Both the position numbers and the translations under genes were made by a program. Below the pieces are notes generated by a model. That model saw nothing but the letters and a program-made list of their open reading frames with translations, did no database searches and had not been told where the DNA came from. A DNA stretch of 64,000 nt from the IMG/VR virus record IMGVR_UViG_2821904334_000002, one strand, 5' to 3'. Position 1 is the stretch's first letter. Each line of letters starts with the position of its first letter. This document shows, one piece after another, positions 27,264-36,454 of this stretch. This stretch comes from an uncultured virus (IMG/VR IMGVR_UViG_2821904334_000002) (taxonomy: Duplodnaviria; Heunggongvirae; Uroviricota; Caudoviricetes).

Positions 27264-28688
27264 TTGAGTGAGGTAAAGTATAGGGAGTACATTGAAAACC
27301 TACTATTAAGATTAAGTCGGAACGGAATATCAATCCCAACTGAATTTTCATCTTTTAATGAAATCGTTTGGGGTATCGGTTCGTTATACGAGATTGATAG
27401 ACTACTAGCTTTAGGAGATAGTAGGGTACGAATAGACGCTTCCATATCACATAAAACACATAACCAACTTCTAAAAGAACAAGCTATAGATGAATACAAT
27501 AAAGAGTATCAGACTAGAGTGAATGAATTATATGAACGCCAAGTCAAAGACAAGGTAAGTCAGATACAAGAACCTGTAGAAGTCGAAGAAGTTGAGTCAG
27601 AAGAAGCTTCTAAGTACCGTAATCAGTTCTTAAACCAGTTAGTACAAGCCCAAGGGGTAGCAGAAGTTGAAGATGAAACGGATGAAGACATCATTGAAGA
27701 CGATGATTCAGAAGAGGAAGACGAAGATATCATTGAAGAAGAGGAAGAAGAACTTCTAGACGATGATATTGAGGATGACGAAGATGAAATCATAGACGAA
27801 GATGATGAGGAAATCATAGAAGATGAGGATGAAACAGAATATGAAGAAGTTCATAACGTATCTGTACCTTCAATCACTTTAAACTTCAATAGCCCTAATC
27901 AATTTCCCGATGATGAAGACGAAGAGGACGAACTCCTAGACGAAGATGAAGATGAACTCCTTGATGAAGATGAGGACGAAGAATTCATTGAAGACGAGGA
28001 AGAGGAATTTGAGGATGAATCAGAAGAAGACTTTGATGATGAGGAAGAGGAACTGGATGAAGATGAGGAAGAACTTCTAGATGATGAAAACGAAGAGTTT
28101 GACGACGATGAAGAACTCTTAGAAGATGATGAAGACTTTGAAGGTGGTGAGGAAGACGAAGAAGAACTCGAAGATGATGATGACTTCCTTGACGATGAAG
28201 ACGAGGAAGAGGAAGAGTTTCTAGATGATGAGGAAGAAGACGATGAATTCCCTGATGAAGACGACGAAGAACTCGATGAAGACGAAGGTGAGTTCGAAGA
28301 CGAGGACGAGGAATTTGACGATGATGACGAAGAACTAGATGATGAAGAGGAAGACGATGAGGAATTTGATGATGATGATGAAGACCTTGATGAGGAAGAA
28401 GACGAAGAAGAGTATGAAGAGGAGTATGAGGAAGACGATATTCCAGTTCAACAAAACGTATCTTCTACTGTATCAACCAATACGCATCAAGGTATATCAA
28501 ATCAACCTATCATGCAGACTCCAATGTCACAAGTACCAAGCAATCCTCCAATCGACCCAAAACTTGCTGAAAAACGTAAGAAATTACAGCAAGACCCTGA
28601 TGATGCCATGATGGATAATATGGAAAAAGGTGTTACGTGGGGTATCAATAAGTTAAAATCAGCTTTTACTTCTGAGAAAAAGAAGTAG
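27264..28688 (+). CDS. hyperacidic low-complexity protein (474 aa)
   Basis: TTG start after AAAGGAGG; roughly 250 residues dominated by D/E with periodic L/F/I. Confidence 0.8.
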   Translation: MSEVKYREYIENLLLRLSRNGISIPTEFSSFNEIVWGIGSLYEIDRLLALGDSRVRIDASISHKTHNQLLKEQAIDEYNKEYQTRVNELYERQVKDKVSQIQEPVEVEEVESEEASKYRNQFLNQLVQAQGVAEVEDETDEDIIEDDDSEEEDEDIIEEEEEELLDDDIEDDEDEIIDEDDEEIIEDEDETEYEEVHNVSVPSITLNFNSPNQFPDDEDEEDELLDEDEDELLDEDEDEEFIEDEEEEFEDESEEDFDDEEEELDEDEEELLDDENEEFDDDEELLEDDEDFEGGEEDEEELEDDDDFLDDEDEEEEEFLDDEEEDDEFPDEDDEELDEDEGEFEDEDEEFDDDDEELDDEEEDDEEFDDDDEDLDEEEDEEEYEEEYEEDDIPVQQNVSSTVSTNTHQGISNQPIMQTPMSQVPSNPPIDPKLAEKRKKLQQDPDDAMMDNMEKGVTWGINKLKSAFTSEKKK

Positions 28689-28729
28689 ACTGTTAAAATA
28701 AAACTAATATAAGAAAAGGTGGAATTTAA

Positions 28730-29704
28730 ATGTTATTTACAAAAGACCAAATTAATCAATTACTAGGAACTATCGAAAGCCCTGAGGTAGAGAAGGTAGT
28801 AGAAGCACATAGCGATGTATTAAAAGCAACTGAAATTGAAAATGAAGTACAATTAAAATCAATTGCAGACCGCATTTTAACATTAGGTAAAGGTATCATT
28901 GCAGGGGTATTATACAATTGCAGTACTTTAAACTTAAACATGAAACGTCCATTATTCCGTGTTTACGCTTCAACAGTAGAAGGAACAGATGTACCAGACA
29001 TCAAGATGTTATTAACAGACATTCAATCTTGTGAGTTCCGATTCAAAGAAGAAACTCGTTTAGTATTAGACCACAGATTCGAAGAAGGTTTCCACGAGTT
29101 CATGGACAGAGTAATCCTTAAATATATCTCTTGCTCAATTGCTAACGAGCATACAAAAGAACTAAACAAGAAATTAGAAGAAATCAAAGAGAAAATGATT
29201 GAAGACGAAGTAGTACCTGCATTTGACATTCAATTCGCTTTACATGATAAAGCAGTTAAATCTGTATCTGATAACCATATTGAGTTTGGTACAACTTACG
29301 AAGAAATGTTCGAGTTATCTAGCCGTAACTCAAACCTACAAGTATTATTCGATGATGCAGAAGATGTAGAGTACATTCGTAATGCAACTCTAGAGTCTAT
29401 CAAAGAGGATTGGGGTACATCAGCAAACGCATTAATCTTTATCCGTAAACACAATAAATTCTTAATGCCATTAGTTGCTACAAACCCAAATACTCGTAAG
29501 ACACAACGTCCTGATGTATTATTACGTCATGCATTTACATTAAAATTAGATGGTTTAGAACACCGAAACAGAGCAACAGCTCACCACGTAGAAACAGAAG
29601 GTGAAACTACTTACATTTCTGTATTCGCTAAAGAAGGTAAAGATGCAGAGCCAGTACAAACGTTATCACCAGTTGATACAAACACATTAGTATTCAAAGG
29701 TTAA
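28730..29704 (+). CDS. hypothetical protein (324 aa)
   Basis: long ORF with AAGGTGG RBS. Confidence 0.8.
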   Translation: MLFTKDQINQLLGTIESPEVEKVVEAHSDVLKATEIENEVQLKSIADRILTLGKGIIAGVLYNCSTLNLNMKRPLFRVYASTVEGTDVPDIKMLLTDIQSCEFRFKEETRLVLDHRFEEGFHEFMDRVILKYISCSIANEHTKELNKKLEEIKEKMIEDEVVPAFDIQFALHDKAVKSVSDNHIEFGTTYEEMFELSSRNSNLQVLFDDAEDVEYIRNATLESIKEDWGTSANALIFIRKHNKFLMPLVATNPNTRKTQRPDVLLRHAFTLKLDGLEHRNRATAHHVETEGETTYISVFAKEGKDAEPVQTLSPVDTNTLVFKG

Positions 29705-29764
29705 TTGAATAAAGGGTTACTGAAATAAATCATAGTAATCGTTCAAACACACATACAAAACAAA

Positions 29765-29797
29765 CAGGTTGGGGCAAACACGCTTCAACCTGTCTTT
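29765..29797 (+). terminator. intrinsic terminator
   Basis: ACAGGTTGGGGC...GCTTCAACCTGT followed by CTTT. Confidence 0.6.
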
Positions 29798-29818
29798 CAT
29801 ATAAGGGAGGGGTAGTAG

Positions 29819-29953
29819 TTGGAAGATTTAAATGAGTTGTTATTAGGTATTGAGAACTACATGAATGAAAAAGGTTTATCTAAAACTGAAACAACCGTAT
29901 TCAAATTACTAGACCTAATTGCAGAAGATGTTATGGAAGAAGATGAATGCTAA
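29819..29953 (+). CDS. small acidic protein (44 aa, not in ORF track)
   Basis: GGGAGGGG RBS, TTG start; MEDLNELLLGIENY...EEDEC*. Confidence 0.5.
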   Translation: MEDLNELLLGIENYMNEKGLSKTETTVFKLLDLIAEDVMEEDEC

Positions 29954-30004
29954 CCTAGTATTCAAAGTGTAAAACAAAATTGAATAGAAAGAGAAGAGGG
30001 TACA

Positions 30005-30703
30005 ATGAATAAGAAACTTGTTGGTATTATAGTATCAGTTATTATTCTAATCATTCTCTTGGTTGCATGGTTAATAGGTGGGGTAAGACTTTCTAAAGAT
30101 AAGGATGTTAAGGTAATCAGTAATCAAACCGAACAACAGACGAATCAAAAACAGAAGCAACCTCAACATGAATCTAATGTCTCTACGAATAGAGAAAAAC
30201 CTAGCCAAGAATCTAGAGAAAATTCTTCAAGACAGGCTGAAAATGGTCATAAACAATCCGAAAATGGAAATAGACCATCTGAAAACCCTAGTAGTCAAGA
30301 AAAGTCTAAAGGTAACGACATTTCAGAGGTAGTCCCTGATAGCAAAGAGTATTCTAACTCCGTAGCACAAGGGCAAGACTTGATTGGAAAAGCAGTAGAA
30401 AATAGCCAAGTTGAGCAAGACGGTAATAGAGTCAGCATGAACCCTACGCAAACTCACTTAGAAGAAAGAGTTTACTCAATCGCAGGGGTAGTAGACCAAG
30501 TTGCCTTATACAAGAACTCAGAAGGTACACAAGCGCAATATAAGTTAGATATCAAAGTACAATTAGAAGATAAGACTTTAACATTAGCGTACTTCACATC
30601 GGCAAACTCTGTTACAAAGTTAAAACAGGGTTCAAAGGTAACTGTAGAGTATCAGCTAACTAGCGATAAAGCAATGGTAATTAAAAGTTTAAAAGATAGA
30701 TAG
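30005..30703 (+). CDS. membrane-anchored protein with low-complexity linker and beta-rich (possibly OB-fold) C domain
   Basis: N-terminal TM; S/E/N/Q linker; KLKQGSKVTVEY. Confidence 0.7.
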   Translation: MNKKLVGIIVSVIILIILLVAWLIGGVRLSKDKDVKVISNQTEQQTNQKQKQPQHESNVSTNREKPSQESRENSSRQAENGHKQSENGNRPSENPSSQEKSKGNDISEVVPDSKEYSNSVAQGQDLIGKAVENSQVEQDGNRVSMNPTQTHLEERVYSIAGVVDQVALYKNSEGTQAQYKLDIKVQLEDKTLTLAYFTSANSVTKLKQGSKVTVEYQLTSDKAMVIKSLKDR

Positions 30704-30813
30704 AATTTGTATGAGACGATTTCCCTCATTTCTCTATGCTTATTAGGGGTAGTTGCCTTTTAGGTAATAAAACAGAAGGTAATAAATTTAAACCACGTAA
30801 ATTTTTCATGTAA

Positions 30814-30982
30814 CTTGACTAAAATATGAAGAGTTAGTAAACTTTTCTGTAACGGAAACGGAAATTGGAAGGTGTCAAAGTCAAGAGAGTTTCAGTTTAC
30901 GTAAAAGGGGTAGATTTGCGGTGGAAGTGCGAGAGTCAAGAGTCTTTTCGATGAGTCAAGAGGGGAGAACAGAAAAGTCAAG
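30814..30982. repeat. AGTCAAG heptamer cluster (4 direct, 1 inverted)
   Basis: AGTCAAG at 30879, 30934, 30954, 30976; CTTGACT at 30814. Confidence 0.55.
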
Positions 30983-31045
30983 TAGGAAAAAGAAAATAAA
31001 GTACGAAAAAACTTTCTATTTTTACTATATTTTTCATGAAAACCT

Positions 31046-31075
31046 TTGACAAAATACCGATTCTCATAGTATAAT
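31046..31075 (+). promoter_or_regulatory. sigma-A promoter
   Basis: TTGACA-18-TATAAT. Confidence 0.7.
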
Positions 31076-31188
31076 AAGTATATAGAAATGAGGGAGATAC
31101 ATAAGAGATTATGAAAGTCCTTCATGCAAGTAGCTAGAAATATCTATCATAAAAAAAAAAATTAAAAATTATTAGGAGGTCATTTTAA

Positions 31189-31950
31189 ATGGCAATCAAA
31201 AACGTAGTAGAAGAAAAAGGTACACAAGTAGCAGTAGAAAATAAAGCAGTTGGAGAATTAAAACCTGCTGAAACAAAACGTCCACAAGGCGCAGTTAACT
31301 TACAAGCACAAGGTGAGTCAATTTTAGCGGCTAAATCAGAAGAAGAAAAAGCTAACATCGGTTCTAACTCAAAAGACATCGAATTCTTAAACCTTGTAAC
31401 TAACCCTTGGCAACCAGTTTCTCGTAAAAAAGACGGAGACGTATTCAAAGGTGAAGAGTCTGTAGGTGCTATCTTCAAAAACGTTGGTACTGAACCAATC
31501 ACTATCATGGAAGTTCCAAACAAAACTTACAAAGTAATGGACGGAGACTTCGATAAAGTAACTGAGCGTTCTGTAGCACCAGGCGAAACATTCGTATTAA
31601 ACTACATCGAAACTGCAATGTTATTAACTCGTGATGAGTACGGTTGCCGTGCAACAGGTGGAGACAAAGTTGTTTCTTACTCTACACAAGTTTCTAAGAA
31701 AGACCCAACTGGTATCCCAACTACTAAATTAAATCTTAAAGGTTCTTCTATCAAAGACCTTTCAATCTCTATCGCTGACGTAGATGCTAACGGCAACAAA
31801 ACTATCAAAGATGAGTTCAAAGAGAAATTCGAAATCTTCTCAACTCGTGGTACTCGTGGAAAACGTTCTGCATCAGCTTCTGGTAACAAAGCGAAAGTTA
31901 ACTACGCAGGTCTTGCTGTACAAGCTATGTTCCAAGCTAAAATCAAGTAA
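31189..31950 (+). CDS. hypothetical protein, probably highly expressed, with basic C-terminus
   Basis: AGGAGGT RBS; strong use of TTC/AAC/ATC/CGT/GCT codons; own promoter and downstream hairpin. Confidence 0.85.
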   Translation: MAIKNVVEEKGTQVAVENKAVGELKPAETKRPQGAVNLQAQGESILAAKSEEEKANIGSNSKDIEFLNLVTNPWQPVSRKKDGDVFKGEESVGAIFKNVGTEPITIMEVPNKTYKVMDGDFDKVTERSVAPGETFVLNYIETAMLLTRDEYGCRATGGDKVVSYSTQVSKKDPTGIPTTKLNLKGSSIKDLSISIADVDANGNKTIKDEFKEKFEIFSTRGTRGKRSASASGNKAKVNYAGLAVQAMFQAKIK

Positions 31951-31978
31951 TCTGAGTTTAGCGAAAGTGTTCTAAAAC

Positions 31979-32020
31979 TAACTGTTAGTGCTTAGTCGTC
32001 CTACTAAGTGCTAACAGTTA
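31979..32020 (+). terminator. stem-loop after 31189-31950
   Basis: TAACTGTTAGTGCTTAGT...ACTAAGTGCTAACAGTTA. Confidence 0.6.
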
Positions 32021-32318
32021 TCTTATTGTAATAAAACGTTACTTAATTCATGCCTAGAAATAAGTAATCTAGTAAAACTCCCTATTGGAAATATTGTATT
32101 CTTCAAATTCAACTATTTTTAATGGGCGTGGCACTAAAACACAAAACAAAACAATCGTAAGTTACTTGTGAATGTATCTTATGTCAAACGAAACTCTTTA
32201 TTTTATCTGTCCTATCTTATCTATCAGGTAAACATTTTATGTTTACAAACTGTTTATATAGATGTTAACTTTAAATACCATTAGTATTACCGCCTAGTAG
32301 AAATATTACCAACTTGAA

Positions 32319-32353
32319 GGGAGGTTGACTGGAAACAGTTAACCTCCTTATTT
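32319..32353 (+). terminator. GAAA-tetraloop hairpin, probable terminator
   Basis: GGAGGTTGACTG-GAAA-CAGTTAACCTCC followed by TTATTT. Confidence 0.6.
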
Positions 32354-32588
32354 CATACACAAAACTTTTAATTAGGTAATAAACAATGTGATAAGAGTTA
32401 ATAACGGTATAAGGTAAGTAAGACAGATACATATAAGAGTAAGAAAATTATCTGTAATGGAGTAAAAGAATGAGGGGTAGTTAGACTTTGTTCTTTTAAG
32501 ATGTATGTCGAATATTTTACGCAACTATAGACGGCATAAGTAGAATTGTACAATATATGTATAAAGTAAGAAAGTAGGGGTATGTATT

Positions 32589-33881
32589 ATGTCAAACGAC
32601 AAGTTAGAGAGTAACGAGAAATTAAATATTACTCGTAGATATAGACCAAAGTCGATGGATGAGTATAAAGGAAACGAAGACTTAAAGAAAGCACTTTTCA
32701 GTTGGTTAAGAAATATTAACAAACCACAAGCGATTCTTTTAAGAGGTGCTACAGGTGGGGGTAAAACTTCAATGGCTCGTATCGTAGCCAAGGAGTACCT
32801 ATGTGAAGACCGTGATGAAGAAAAAGGAGCATGTGGTGTATGTTATAACTGTAGAATGATGGAAGACTATATTGAAACAGGTAGTACAGATGGTTTAATG
32901 GGGGTACATGAAATTAATGCTTCTAAAGACTCTGGTATTTCCGCTATTAACTCTGTATTAGAAGATGCTCAATATACAAGTCCGACTGGGGAATGGAAGA
33001 TATACATTCTCGATGAGTGTCACCGAATCAGTATTCCAGCTCAAAACAGCTTATTAAAACTAGTAGAAGAACCACCTGAGAACGTGTTATTCATGTTCTG
33101 TACAACTGACCCTGAGAAAATGTTAGATACGTTATTAAACCGTTGTAACATTAAATTAGACGTTAAGAAACCTTCTGAGGAACAGCTTACGCAAATCTTA
33201 TTAGACATTTGTGTGAAAGAAGGTATCTCGTATGACAGAAAAGGTCTTTCCTTAATCGTAGACAGGTCTGAACTTGTTATTAGACAGGCTCTTATGGATT
33301 TAGAAAACGTAATTGTACAAACTGAAAGTGCAGAACATCGTTTCGTATCAAAAATATTCGATAAGCATCCAAACAGTTTGTATTTCGACTTTTATCGTGC
33401 TTTACTCAAACATGACACGCATCAATTTGTTTCCATTATCCACAAGGTTAAAACGAAGATGACGGTGCAAGAATTTGTTAAAAATTTAACTAACTTCACT
33501 AAAAGAGGGATATACATTTGGAATGGTGTGAATCTTGAGGGAATTACGGAGAACGAACTACGAAACATGAAGGAATTGTTTAAACAGTTCAAGCTAGAAG
33601 AACTTGCATTGATGATTGAATTCCTAACTACGGTATCAGACGGTGATGTAGAAGTTAATTTACTTCTTCTAGGCTTCAAGGGGTTAGAGAAACCTAAGAA
33701 CGTACAAGCACAAGAAGAGGTAGTAATTGAAGAGAACAAGAACGATATCGAACAGGAAAACAAAGTAATATCAGGTAATAAAAAAGCCATTACAGAGGAA
33801 CGAAAACTAAAGAGTATAGAAAGCGTGAAGAATGCGGTAGAAACTACAACCGCAGATGAAGTATTGAATTTGTTTGATTGA
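32589..33881 (+). CDS. dnaX: DNA polymerase III gamma/tau-like clamp-loader ATPase
   Basis: RRYRPKS; Walker A GATGGGKT; C..CGVCYNC Zn site; ILDECH; NSLLKLVEEPP; NRC. Confidence 0.9.
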   Translation: MSNDKLESNEKLNITRRYRPKSMDEYKGNEDLKKALFSWLRNINKPQAILLRGATGGGKTSMARIVAKEYLCEDRDEEKGACGVCYNCRMMEDYIETGSTDGLMGVHEINASKDSGISAINSVLEDAQYTSPTGEWKIYILDECHRISIPAQNSLLKLVEEPPENVLFMFCTTDPEKMLDTLLNRCNIKLDVKKPSEEQLTQILLDICVKEGISYDRKGLSLIVDRSELVIRQALMDLENVIVQTESAEHRFVSKIFDKHPNSLYFDFYRALLKHDTHQFVSIIHKVKTKMTVQEFVKNLTNFTKRGIYIWNGVNLEGITENELRNMKELFKQFKLEELALMIEFLTTVSDGDVEVNLLLLGFKGLEKPKNVQAQEEVVIEENKNDIEQENKVISGNKKAITEERKLKSIESVKNAVETTTADEVLNLFD

Positions 33882-33923
33882 TAAATTTGATACGATATAT
33901 AAGGATAGATAGGAGGTAAACCA

Positions 33924-34688
33924 GTGTTTAAAAAGTTAAAAGCTTTAAGAGTAGGGGTATCAACCGCTTTCTTTATGGCTGTTTTTAAAGCACAAACTAC
34001 GTTTGCCGAGTATGACGATGTAAACAGCGGAGGTTACGATGCAGTTACAGGCGAAGGTGGACGTAGTAGTTTCAATGGTGGAACGAGTACTCCTAGTGAA
34101 GTCTTTAAGGGGTATAATCCAGTTACTACCGAGCAAATGGAACAGGGTAGGTATTGGGCAGCACCCCTTACTAATGTGTTAGGTATTGGTATTGGTGTAC
34201 TAATGTCAGCGACTTTTGCGTGGGTGTTCTTCCAAACAGCATTAGACTTGTTATATTGGGCTATCCCACCGTTAAGGGGTTTACTAGCAAAACAAAACCC
34301 TGCAATGCAAGGTGGCGGTATGATGGGTATGCAACCACAACAGCAACAATCCTCTAGTCGTAAATTCGTTTGTGTATCAGATGAAATGTTACAAGCGATG
34401 GAGGAAGCAGGAAACCAAGCTTCACAAGGCGGTATGGGTGGAGGAATGCCTATGGGCGGTGGAATGGGAATGCCTATGGGTGGCGGTATGGGGATGCAAC
34501 AAGCACCTCCAAGTCGGAAGAATGTGTTAGTTACATATTTCAAGAAACGATTACTTTCAATCATCATTCTAGGTATATGTGCAACTGTTCTATTCTCTAG
34601 CTTACTGTTAGATACAGGTATAAACATGGGACAATTCGTACTGAAAATTATTTCATTCTTTAACGATATTGTTGTTAGTAACACATAA
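33924..34688 (+). CDS. exported membrane protein, pilin-like paralog 1 (G/M/Q-rich loop)
   Basis: signal-like N-terminus; ALDLLYWAIPPL; TYFKKR followed by a TM; paralog of 36455 and 37454. Confidence 0.7.
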   Translation: MFKKLKALRVGVSTAFFMAVFKAQTTFAEYDDVNSGGYDAVTGEGGRSSFNGGTSTPSEVFKGYNPVTTEQMEQGRYWAAPLTNVLGIGIGVLMSATFAWVFFQTALDLLYWAIPPLRGLLAKQNPAMQGGGMMGMQPQQQQSSSRKFVCVSDEMLQAMEEAGNQASQGGMGGGMPMGGGMGMPMGGGMGMQQAPPSRKNVLVTYFKKRLLSIIILGICATVLFSSLLLDTGINMGQFVLKIISFFNDIVVSNT

Positions 34689-34704
34689 GAGAGGGGTATG
34701 TTAG

Positions 34705-34983
34705 ATGAAATCAAAAACATTAACTCTTTTATTTCAGAAACTAAACAGTAAAGATACAGAATCAGCGAAGAACCTTGATAAAAACCGTATCAAAGTAGAA
34801 ATTGAAAATGCATGTGAACTTCATTTAAATGAAGCAAGCGAGGTATTTCAATTCGAGGTAAATCCTAAAGAGTTAGACCACGTAATTACAATCATTGAAC
34901 TAGGATTAATCAATAAGTATGATATATTCCAAGTTGAAAGAACAATCTTTAATGCAAGACTAAGAGAAGTAGACTTAATGTAG
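34705..34983 (+). CDS. hypothetical protein (92 aa)
   Basis: GAGGGG RBS. Confidence 0.7.
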   Translation: MKSKTLTLLFQKLNSKDTESAKNLDKNRIKVEIENACELHLNEASEVFQFEVNPKELDHVITIIELGLINKYDIFQVERTIFNARLREVDLM

Positions 34984-35213
34984 TTTACAAATCAAACTGG
35001 GGTAGGCGGTGGTACTATCTTTACTCTCCCTATCCCAAAACTCTTATTCTTTACCTAATAGAGTTATAGATTGAATTATTCTTCTATGAGCCTATGAGTG
35101 TATTAGGATAAGTTAATAGGTAATTTAAGGTAATAAACCAACAAATTACATTACTCATCGACTATTACTAATCCTAAACCTAGTAACAGTCAGTAATCAA
35201 AGGAGTCAAGTAT

Positions 35214-35735
35214 ATGGAACATATTAAGGAAAGCAGTACTTCCAGTAAAGTTCTAACAAACATGCAATCCGAAGTGATTTCCGAAAAGTTGAATATACCG
35301 TTTGTAACAGTCAGAACTGTAATCAAGAATTACAGATACATCCTAGCCGAAGAATTATATCTTGGTATGGAAGTTAGATTGGGGTATATTTTAAAACTTG
35401 TACCTGACGTAATAACAAACAATTATTTAGCAACAACTGGTTATGAAGCATCCGTAATTTCGACAAGAACAAACATCCCTTATAATACAGTTTTAAGTAT
35501 CGTTACAAGTTACCTAGACATGATTATAGACACATTAGCTAGAGGAAAAGACTTCAACGTAGTTGGTATTGTAACTCTAAAGTCTTCATTTGATGGAGAA
35601 ACTGGTGAGTTAAAAGTAAATACGAGTACGTCTAGAACATTAGTTGATGATTTACGTGAACATGATAAGGCTGTAAGGGTGAAACTGAATAAAAATCTAA
35701 GGGACTTGTTTAAGAAGAGAGTGTCTATCGCTTAA
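35214..35735 (+). CDS. tandem HU/IHF-like DNA-binding protein
   Basis: two repeats, ISEKLNIP..V..VI..Y...L...L..G.EV.L and ISTRTNIP..V...V..Y...I...L..G..F.V.G. Confidence 0.55.
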   Translation: MEHIKESSTSSKVLTNMQSEVISEKLNIPFVTVRTVIKNYRYILAEELYLGMEVRLGYILKLVPDVITNNYLATTGYEASVISTRTNIPYNTVLSIVTSYLDMIIDTLARGKDFNVVGIVTLKSSFDGETGELKVNTSTSRTLVDDLREHDKAVRVKLNKNLRDLFKKRVSIA

Positions 35736-36442
35736 TGGAAGGAAAAACTCATTATATCGGTGGCTCTATAGGTGCAATGACTGGGTACATCTTGTTGAAA
35801 GAGAATAATATGTTGTTAGACTCGGTACATCCAACACTTCAATTTAGCATGATATATTTAGCAGGGGTATACGGTGGAATGCTACCAGATGCAGACCATC
35901 ATTCGGGTTCTAACCCAATGAAAGACCCTGTAGGAGTAGTATTTAATAAACTACTTCATGTATTTAATAAACCTTATAAGAGATTAGATAGTGTTATGAG
36001 TAGTAATCATAAGAAGCGTAGTTTTGCTTATAAACTTCTAAGTATACTAAAGTGTACGCATAGGAGTTGGCAAACTCATAGTGAGTTAACCTTACTATTC
36101 TTCCTGTACTTTATCGTACAATTACTTACCGCAAACACGTCAGACCCTTCGGTAGCTATAGCAGTATTACTACTAACGGGCTTATCTTTAGGGGTACTAT
36201 CACACTTGGTATTAGACCTGTTAACCGCAGAGGGCATCAAATTTGCGACAGGTATAATAATAAAAACTTTCTTTCCGAGGATTCCAATGATTGATTCAAT
36301 AAGACTAGTACCCAAGTGGAGTACTTTTACAACAGGCTCACCTTATGAATTAACTGTAAGGTACTCGTTAAACGTAGTTCAGTATTTCCTATTGGGGTAT
36401 TCTATATTGACTTTCTTTGGATACTCAATCATAACAGTATAG
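35735..36442 (+). CDS. membrane-bound metal-dependent hydrolase (YdjM-like)
   Basis: MEGKTH, LPDADH, HRSWQTHS and SHLVLDLLT motifs; several TMs. Confidence 0.85.
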   Translation: MEGKTHYIGGSIGAMTGYILLKENNMLLDSVHPTLQFSMIYLAGVYGGMLPDADHHSGSNPMKDPVGVVFNKLLHVFNKPYKRLDSVMSSNHKKRSFAYKLLSILKCTHRSWQTHSELTLLFFLYFIVQLLTANTSDPSVAIAVLLLTGLSLGVLSHLVLDLLTAEGIKFATGIIIKTFFPRIPMIDSIRLVPKWSTFTTGSPYELTVRYSLNVVQYFLLGYSILTFFGYSIITV

Positions 36443-36454
36443 GAGTGAATTACA

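Noticed and set aside
31151..31161. Poly-A run of 11 as a phase-variation tract
   Set aside because: It lies in an A/T-rich 5' UTR, outside any CDS or promoter spacer; probably a translational enhancer or chance.
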